NCBI GenBank assembly: GCA_018824305.1
Contig: JAHJGM010000059.1
Location: 51,127 to 115,126 of the forward strand
Direction of reading: 5' to 3'
DNA from: a bacterium
GTDB taxonomy: Bacteria; Campylobacterota; Campylobacteria; Campylobacterales; Sulfurimonadaceae
DNA: 64,000 nucleotides
Shown: in pieces, positions 57,776-64,000 of the stretch
Layout: each line of letters begins with the position of its first letter
How positions within the stretch are numbered: the first letter of the stretch is position 1
Program-made: the position numbers and the translations under genes
The notes under the pieces: generated by a model
Database searches by the model: none
Told to the model about the DNA's origin: nothing
Seen by the model: the letters and a program-made list of their open reading frames with translations, nothing else

Positions 57776-58522
57776 TTATGCCATGTTCATTCCGCCGTTT
57801 ACTTTTAATGTTTCACCTGTGATATAACTTGAGTGATCCGAAAGTAAAAATGCAGTAGCTTCAGCTACTTCTTTAGCATCTCCAAAACGTCCCATTGGGA
57901 TCTTAGATGTAAACGAGTTTTTGATCTCATCGCTTAAAACATCCGTCATCTCAGTAGCAATAAAGCCCGGAGTAAGTGAGTTGTAACGGATACCGCTGCT
58001 TGCCGCTTCGATTGCAAAGCTTTTTGTCATCGCTATCACTCCGCCTTTACTCGCTGCATAATTTGTCTGACCGCCGTTACCTGTCTCACCTACTATAGAA
58101 GAGATGTTTACGATCGAGCCGAACTTTTTCTTTCTCATCACTTTCATCGCTTCGCGACAACCGATAAATGCAGATGTAAGGTTCGCGTTGATTACAGACA
58201 TAAAATCTTCGACTTTCATACGAAGTGCAAGTTTATCGTTTGTGATGCCTGCATTGTTTACAAGATATGAAAGTTCTCCGTCGCTGTCTACTATAGTTTT
58301 GATAGCATCGACAAATGCCTCTTCATTGCTTACGTCAAAACCTATGACCGCCGCAACACCGCCTGCCGCTTCGATCTCGGCTTTTACCGCGTCGGCTTCT
58401 GCCGCTCCGCTTCTATAGTTGATCCACACTTTCAGACCGTACGTCGCTAAAACTTTTGCTATCTCTGCACCGATACCGCGGCTTGAACCCGTTACTAAAA
58501 CATTTTTTCCACTGAATCTCAT
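57776..58522 (-). CDS. fabG: 3-oxoacyl-ACP reductase
   Basis: 248 aa. SDR motifs TGSSRGIG, NNAG and YAASK. fabG-acpP-fabF-accA order. Confidence 0.93.
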   Translation of the reverse strand: MRFSGKNVLVTGSSRGIGAEIAKVLATYGLKVWINYRSGAAEADAVKAEIEAAGGVAAVIGFDVSNEEAFVDAIKTIVDSDGELSYLVNNAGITNDKLALRMKVEDFMSVINANLTSAFIGCREAMKVMRKKKFGSIVNISSIVGETGNGGQTNYAASKGGVIAMTKSFAIEAASSGIRYNSLTPGFIATEMTDVLSDEIKNSFTSKIPMGRFGDAKEVAEATAFLLSDHSSYITGETLKVNGGMNMA

Positions 58523-58673
58523 TATTACTCCTTAATTTTATTTCATAAAATGAAGGGAACCCTATATTTCAATACGCTAAAGCAACTAAGTCACTTTAGC
58601 TACGTTAACACTGTGTTCTCTTCTACAGAGAGTCCATCGCACTAGTGCGATAATTCCCTTTTATTTTTACACA

Positions 58674-60149
58674 TTATATTAGACTGTGATCCATCTCTTT
58701 TGGTATTGCGATATTCATTAGTTTTAAAATTGTCGGTGCTATGTTGTTAAGTCCGCCTGTTTCAACTTTACTCACACCATCAGCCATAACAAAACACCAG
58801 ACTTTTCCGACTGTATGATTTGTAAGCACGTTGCCGTTGCCGTCTTTCATCTCTTCACAGTTACCATGATCCGAAGTGATGACAAGGGCATAATCTTTCT
58901 CTTTTGCCTTAGCAACGATGCGTCCAAGTTGTGCATCAACCGTTTCTACGGCTTTCACAGCAGCATCAAAATCTCCCGTATGTCCTACCATATCGCCGTT
59001 TGCAAAGTTGACGACCACAAAATCATAATCATCATCCATCGCTTGTACGACTGCATCTCCGACTGCGGGTGCACTCATTTCAGGCTTCATATCATATGTT
59101 CTGACATTTGGACTTGGAATAAGAACACGTGTTTCATTGACACACGGCTCATCGATCCCGCCGTTTAAAAAGAATGTAACGTGAGCGTACTTTTCAGTCT
59201 CAGCCGTATGAAGCTGACGAAGACCATTTCTTGATATCACTTCTGCCAGAGTATTTTTCGGTGACTCTTTTTTAAATAATACAGGGTATGTAAAACTTTT
59301 ATCGTATTCCGTGATAGTCGCAAGATTGACTGAAATATATTTTCTCTCAAAGCCCTCAAAGTTTTTATCGCCGATTGCCGTTACAAGTTCTCGCATCCTG
59401 TCGCTTCTAAAGTTAATGGTAAGTACACCATCACCGTCTTTAAAACCGTCATATCCGTCAAATGCCGTCGGTTCTATAAATTCATCGGTAATATTTTTGC
59501 TGTAAGAGTTCTCTATGTAATCTTCTACACTGTAGTCGCTCTTTGGAATCGCATTAACGATCGCGTTATATCCGGCTTTGACCCTTTCCCATCTGTTATC
59601 TCTGTCCATTGAATAAAAACGTCCGCTGATAGAAGCTATTTTGATATTATCTCCGATATGTGCTTGAACCTGATTGAGAAAAAGTGTTGCAGAGGTTGGA
59701 GAGACATCACGACCATCCGTAATAAGGTGTAAAAATACCTCTTTGCCTTGTGATGAAGCGATGTCGGCTATGCCCATAAAATGATCGATATGAGAATGAA
59801 CACCTCCATCACTCATAAGACCTATAAGATGTAATCTTTTTGATTTTTTGAGCAAAGCTTTAAACTCTGCATTGTCACCGAAACTGTGTTCATCAAGAGC
59901 TAAAGAGATTTTCACCAGATCCTGATACAAAACACGTCCGCTGCCTATAGTCATATGTCCGACTTCCGAGTTGCCCATCTGTCCCTGAGGAAGACCGACA
60001 CTGAGTCCAAAAGTATCTATAAGTGAATGCGGCACATTTTTAAAAAGGTCATCATAAGTCGGTTTAACTGCATTGTAAAATGCGTTGTACTCTTTTTTTG
60101 ATGAGTACCCTATCCCGTCTGTAATAACTAAAACTGCTTTTTTAGACAA
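58674..60149 (-). CDS. gpmI: 2,3-bisphosphoglycerate-independent phosphoglycerate mutase
   Basis: 491 aa. ITDGIG, MGNSEVGH catalytic Ser context, GGVHSH, and SDHGN near the C-terminus. Confidence 0.93.
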   Translation of the reverse strand: MSKKAVLVITDGIGYSSKKEYNAFYNAVKPTYDDLFKNVPHSLIDTFGLSVGLPQGQMGNSEVGHMTIGSGRVLYQDLVKISLALDEHSFGDNAEFKALLKKSKRLHLIGLMSDGGVHSHIDHFMGIADIASSQGKEVFLHLITDGRDVSPTSATLFLNQVQAHIGDNIKIASISGRFYSMDRDNRWERVKAGYNAIVNAIPKSDYSVEDYIENSYSKNITDEFIEPTAFDGYDGFKDGDGVLTINFRSDRMRELVTAIGDKNFEGFERKYISVNLATITEYDKSFTYPVLFKKESPKNTLAEVISRNGLRQLHTAETEKYAHVTFFLNGGIDEPCVNETRVLIPSPNVRTYDMKPEMSAPAVGDAVVQAMDDDYDFVVVNFANGDMVGHTGDFDAAVKAVETVDAQLGRIVAKAKEKDYALVITSDHGNCEEMKDGNGNVLTNHTVGKVWCFVMADGVSKVETGGLNNIAPTILKLMNIAIPKEMDHSLI

Positions 60150-60243
60150 TTGGTTTCCTTTGTATATGTTTGAAAATTTTCATTTTTAAACAAAAGATTA
60201 GTGCGATTATACTATAATCTCCATTTTAAATTGATTTAGGACA

Positions 60244-61311
60244 TTGCTTTTGCTCTATTGGCTTCACCTATACTTTGATATAAACATTCTCAACTACATA
60301 ACTATACGCGCTGGTATTGCATTTTTTTTAGGTCTGATTTTTACTCTTTTTTTAATGCCGAAATTCATTAAATGGGCTAAAAAAAGTTCAAGTGTACAAC
60401 CCATAAACAACTGGGTTCCGGAAGCTCATCAACTAAAATCAAAGACTCCTACAATGGGCGGGATAGTTTTCATCATATCGACACTTCTTGCATCAGTCCT
60501 TACCGTCAAACTGACAAATATCTATGTCATAGGCGCTCTTGCGACGATCATGACTTTTGCACTTATCGGTTTTCAAGATGACATGGCAAAGATAAAAAAT
60601 AAACTCAACACAGCAGGACTTTCCGCCAAAGCAAAACTTTTTGCTCAGGTTTTAAGTGCAGGAGGCGTAGCAGTATTTTTGTATATCTTTGCGGATTTCG
60701 ACACAGAACTCTATATCCCGTTCATTAAAAATCCTCTTATAGATATGGGCATGTTTTCTATCTTTTTTTGGGCGATCGTCATGGTCTCTGCATCAAATGC
60801 CGTCAATCTTACGGACGGGCTTGACGGACTGGCGACAGTTCCCTCCATCGCTGCTCTTTCATCCCTGAGTCTTATCGTCTATGCAACCGGAAACAGCGTC
60901 TTTAGCGACTACCTTTTAATCCCTCACTACAATGTCGGCGAAGTGGTTATCATCGCTGCGGCGCTCATCGGTTCACTGGCAGGATTCTTATGGTTTAACT
61001 GTCATCCTGCGGAAGTATTTATGGGAGACAGCGGTTCGCTTACGCTTGGAGCATTTATTGCCTACATGGCTATAATCAGCAAGGTCGAGATACTGCTTGT
61101 GCTGATCGGTCTTATCTTCGTCATCGAGACGCTTTCCGTGATCCTTCAGGTGGGAAGTTTCAAACTGCGTAAAAAACGCATCTTTTTAATGGCCCCCATC
61201 CACCACCATTTCGAGATGAAAAACTGGTCGGAAAATAAGATCATCGTAAGGTTTTGGATCATTGCCATCATCTCTAACCTCATCGCGATCATCACTCTAA
61301 AGATACGTTAA
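60244..61311 (+). CDS. mraY: Phospho-N-acetylmuramoyl-pentapeptide transferase
   Basis: 355 aa. YITIRAG N-terminus, [19 protein letters not shown] and MGDSGSL motifs. The track start is TTG 60244. The in-frame TTG at 60250 has better spacing (8 nt) from AGGA at 60238-60241 and may be the true start. Confidence 0.93.
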   Translation: MLLLYWLHLYFDINILNYITIRAGIAFFLGLIFTLFLMPKFIKWAKKSSSVQPINNWVPEAHQLKSKTPTMGGIVFIISTLLASVLTVKLTNIYVIGALATIMTFALIGFQDDMAKIKNKLNTAGLSAKAKLFAQVLSAGGVAVFLYIFADFDTELYIPFIKNPLIDMGMFSIFFWAIVMVSASNAVNLTDGLDGLATVPSIAALSSLSLIVYATGNSVFSDYLLIPHYNVGEVVIIAAALIGSLAGFLWFNCHPAEVFMGDSGSLTLGAFIAYMAIISKVEILLVLIGLIFVIETLSVILQVGSFKLRKKRIFLMAPIHHHFEMKNWSENKIIVRFWIIAIISNLIAIITLKIR

Positions 61312-62532
61312 ATGGGCACGGTATCTCTTTTTGGATATGGCGGCACGACAAAAGCACTTGCCAAGAACATAAAAAATGTCATTTTTTACGATGATAAAGT
61401 CACTAAGCCCTTTACCGACGAAAACGGTTTTAAAGTAAGACCCTCAAGCGACTTTGACCCGAAATATTCAGCTTTGGAGATAACGTCACCGGGTATACCG
61501 CCGCACAATCCTTTGATCCAAAAAGCACAAAATCTCATCAGCGAGTATGACTATTTAGCCGACGTGATGCCTTTTTCCATCTGGATAAGCGGTACAAACG
61601 GCAAGACTACGACAACACAGATGACGCAGTATCTTCTGCGCGAATATGGAAGTATCGAGGGTGGAAACATCGGTACGGCACTGGCAAAACTTGACACCGC
61701 TGCTTCTATGTGGGTGCTGGAAACAAGTAGTTTCACTCTTCACTATACCAATAAAGCAAGACCGAATATATATGTACTGCTTCCGCTCTCACCCGATCAT
61801 CTCTCTTGGCACGGTGATATGCAGGCATATACCCACGACAAGCTCAAACCTCTCAAGATGATGAAAGACGGAGAGATAGCCATAATCCCCAAAATCTACA
61901 AAGACTCTCTTATCTCAAAAGCAAATATTCTCTTTTATGAAGATGAGAACGAGCTGGCAAAGATATTTGGCATAGATATCCAAAAAATAAACTTCAAAGG
62001 TGTATTTTTACTTGACGCTCTTTTGGCACTTTGTATCAAAAAGATACTTTTTAACACTCTAGATTATGAGGGTATCAACTCCTTTGTGATCGATCCTCAT
62101 CGTCAAGAGGAGCTAAGAGACTCTTATGATAGACTTTGGGTCAATGATACCAAAGCGACAAATCTTGATGCGACGATCGGCGCACTTAAAAGATACAAGG
62201 AACACCATATCCATCTGATCCTTGGCGGAGATGACAAAGGTGTCGATCTGACACAGCTTTTTGAATTCCTCCAAGAGTTACATGTAAAGTACCCTGCGGG
62301 TGTAAGCATCTATGCGATAGGTTCAAATCAGGAAAAACTTCTTAAGCTATCCAATGATTTCGGTCTTACATGTAAGGGATGCGATATCTTGGCAAATGCC
62401 GTAGAAGAGATAGCAAAAGTTCTTAAAACAGGAGAGGTTGCACTGCTCTCTCCTGCAGCTGCAAGCCTAGATCAATTTACCTCTTATGCACAGCGTGGAG
62501 AGATGTTCAAAGAGTTTGTCAAAGCTCTTTGA
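61312..62532 (+). CDS. murD: UDP-N-acetylmuramoylalanine--D-glutamate ligase
   Basis: 406 aa. Mur ligase P-loop GTNGKTTT. The start abuts the mraY stop (mraY-murD order). Confidence 0.88.
   Translation: MGTVSLFGYGGTTKALAKNIKNVIFYDDKVTKPFTDENGFKVRPSSDFDPKYSALEITSPGIPPHNPLIQKAQNLISEYDYLADVMPFSIWISGTNGKTTTTQMTQYLLREYGSIEGGNIGTALAKLDTAASMWVLETSSFTLHYTNKARPNIYVLLPLSPDHLSWHGDMQAYTHDKLKPLKMMKDGEIAIIPKIYKDSLISKANILFYEDENELAKIFGIDIQKINFKGVFLLDALLALCIKKILFNTLDYEGINSFVIDPHRQEELRDSYDRLWVNDTKATNLDATIGALKRYKEHHIHLILGGDDKGVDLTQLFEFLQELHVKYPAGVSIYAIGSNQEKLLKLSNDFGLTCKGCDILANAVEEIAKVLKTGEVALLSPAAASLDQFTSYAQRGEMFKEFVKAL
62278..62287. repeat. TTACATGTAA iterated palindrome, perfect copy 12
   Basis: Inside murD, read as E-L-H-V-K. 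Confidence 0.9.
62366..62375. repeat. TTACATGTAA iterated palindrome, perfect copy 13
   Basis: Context tCTTACATGTAAGg. Inside murD, 88 nt after copy 12, read as L-T-C-K. Confidence 0.9.
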
Positions 62533-62673
62533 TACCCCGCACTACCTTCTCATTTATACACCTCTTTTTTTTCTTTGATTAATAATTAAACAAGATTACT
62601 TTCTATACAATGGATGTAAGTAGTATAATTTATTTACTAAGATAATTTAGTGCTATATTTGTGGGGGTGTAAT

Positions 62674-64000
62674 TTGTTAGAAAAAGAAACGGAGCTTCAA
62701 AAAAAATTTTGGGAGATCTTCTCAAAACAGGATAGGCAAAAGATTGAAGAGTTTCAAACGTATATGGATAAATTTGCTGTCAATTTCAATCTTTACAAAG
62801 ATGGAAATTTTATAGAAAGATCACTGCCCTTTGACGTAGTACCTCGTATCATCTCCAAGCAAGAGTTCAATAAAATCGAAAAAGGTCTGCAACAAAGAGT
62901 ACATGCATTGAACCTATTTTTAGAAGACCTTTACACAGATGCAAAAATAGTCAAAGAGGGCATAATTCCAGAAGAGTTTGTGCATCAGGCAAAAGGCTAT
63001 CTCAAAGAGTTTAAAGGCTTTTCTCCCTCTAAAAAGATCAGAACCCATATAAATGGAATCGATCTTGTAAAAGATACCGTCAATGACGAATGGGTGATAT
63101 TAGAAGACAACTTAAGAGTTCCGAGTGGTTCTAGTTATCCTTTATCTATCCGTGACACCTATAGAAAGATCTACCCCGATTTTTTTGAACAGCTGAAAAT
63201 CGAGCCCATAAAACAATACCCTAGCTACATTGCAAATGCAATGAACTATGTAAACTGCGGCGGTATAAACGTAGTACTTACTCCCGGCAGGTTCAATGCG
63301 GCTTATTATGAACACAGTTACCTTGCAAAAAAAATGGATGCACAACTCGTACGTGCACATGAGTTGAAGGTCGTAGATAAAAAGCTCTACTTTAAAAACT
63401 ATAACGGAAAACTTATCCGCGTCGGTTCAGTCTATAGAAGACTCGATGATGATTTCCTCGATCCGACATTTTTTAATCCTGACAGTCTCATTGGAGTTCC
63501 GGGCATCATTGAAGCATATCTTGCAGGCAATGTTGCAATTATGAATGCGATCGGAAACAGTGTCGCCGATGACAAAGGAATATACTATTTTGTTCCAAAA
63601 ATGATCAAATACTATCTGGGCGAAGAACCGATCCTAAAGAATGCTCCGACATATCTGCCATATTTTGAAGAGGATATGGAGTATATCTTTAACAATATAG
63701 AAAAACTGGTCATCAAAGATGTCGCAGAAGCCGGAGGATACGGAGTCCTGTTTGGTCATACTATGACAAAACTCCAGCTTGAAGATATCAAAGGGATCAT
63801 CAAAGCAAATCCTAGGAGGTTCATCGCGCAAGAACTGATAGAGTTTTACGACGAACAGTGCTATTTAAATGAAGAGCTGCATGAAAGAAAAGCCGATTTT
63901 AGGGCTTATGTCGTCATGGGTGAAGATATAAAAGTATGGCAGTGCGGTCTTACTAGGTATGCGATCGAAGCAGGAAACTATTTAGTCAACTCGTCACAAG
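62674..64000 (+). CDS. Circularly permuted type 2 ATP-grasp protein (partial; continues beyond the window)
   Basis: Absent from the ORF track (no stop in the window). Translation contains SLPFDVVPRIISKQEF...LQQRVHALNLFLEDLY, ILEDNLRVPSGSSY, VYRRLDDDFLDP and NAIGNSVADDKGIYYFVPKMIKYYLGEEPIL, which match the CP_ATPgrasp_2 family consensus as I remember it. The frame opens after TAA at 62638-62640. The start is uncertain (TTG 62674 with GGGGG upstream, or GTG 62650). A perfect TATAAT lies at 62624-62629. Confidence 0.85.
   Translation, partial: MLEKETELQKKFWEIFSKQDRQKIEEFQTYMDKFAVNFNLYKDGNFIERSLPFDVVPRIISKQEFNKIEKGLQQRVHALNLFLEDLYTDAKIVKEGIIPEEFVHQAKGYLKEFKGFSPSKKIRTHINGIDLVKDTVNDEWVILEDNLRVPSGSSYPLSIRDTYRKIYPDFFEQLKIEPIKQYPSYIANAMNYVNCGGINVVLTPGRFNAAYYEHSYLAKKMDAQLVRAHELKVVDKKLYFKNYNGKLIRVGSVYRRLDDDFLDPTFFNPDSLIGVPGIIEAYLAGNVAIMNAIGNSVADDKGIYYFVPKMIKYYLGEEPILKNAPTYLPYFEEDMEYIFNNIEKLVIKDVAEAGGYGVLFGHTMTKLQLEDIKGIIKANPRRFIAQELIEFYDEQCYLNEELHERKADFRAYVVMGEDIKVWQCGLTRYAIEAGNYLVNSSQ

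Noticed and set aside
1-64000. Scan for CRISPR arrays, IS elements/transposases, integrases, prophage genes, toxin-antitoxin or other defence modules, and rRNA/tRNA genes
   Set aside because: No direct-repeat/spacer array is present. No ORF resembles a transposase, integrase, phage structural protein or known defence protein. All spacers longer than 100 nt were read on both strands and lack tRNA/rRNA features. The window looks like core chromosome rather than an accessory island.

Overview
The window is a dense, AT-rich chromosomal segment. Gene order and protein similarity place it in Campylobacterota (Epsilonproteobacteria); I cannot determine the genus. From memory, three gene orders match known genomes. 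yajC-secD-secF-...-leuS-lptE-...-folC-M23-...-mfd with divergent lnt matches Campylobacter jejuni Cj1085c-Cj1095. waaA / zinc-ribbon HP0958-like / Nif3 matches Helicobacter pylori HP0957-0959. csrA-ispE-smpB and fabG-acpP-fabF-accA also follow epsilonproteobacterial order. I support 68 protein-coding genes. Two are truncated by the window edges (pgk at the start, a circularly permuted ATP-grasp gene at the end), and one is a 54-aa lipoprotein below the ORF-track cutoff. Most are housekeeping genes packed into long chains with 1-8 nt overlaps. I found no rRNA, tRNA, CRISPR array, transposase, integrase, prophage or recognisable defence module. The strongest unexplained signal is not a gene. The 10-nt palindrome TTACATGTAA occurs 13 times perfectly, against about 0.2 expected from composition, and mostly inside unrelated CDSs. 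It behaves like a highly iterated palindrome or an uptake-type sequence. Secondary points of interest: (1) a translationally coupled operon of TonB-dependent receptor, YfiR-like protein and YfiN-like diguanylate cyclase; (2) an HDOD protein coupled to a multi-domain STAS/CheX-like protein; (3) a second diguanylate cyclase embedded in a housekeeping and cell-shape operon where the M23 peptidase and bactofilin genes overlap by 112 nt; (4) a TPR, NYN/LOTUS, Nif3 and HP0958-like chain; (5) a 26-nt perfect palindromic operator in front of a tetR-led RND efflux operon; (6) a tandem direct repeat abutting the Shine-Dalgarno (SD) sequence of an orphan 86-aa ORF. All domain calls come from reading the translations by eye. 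No searches were run.
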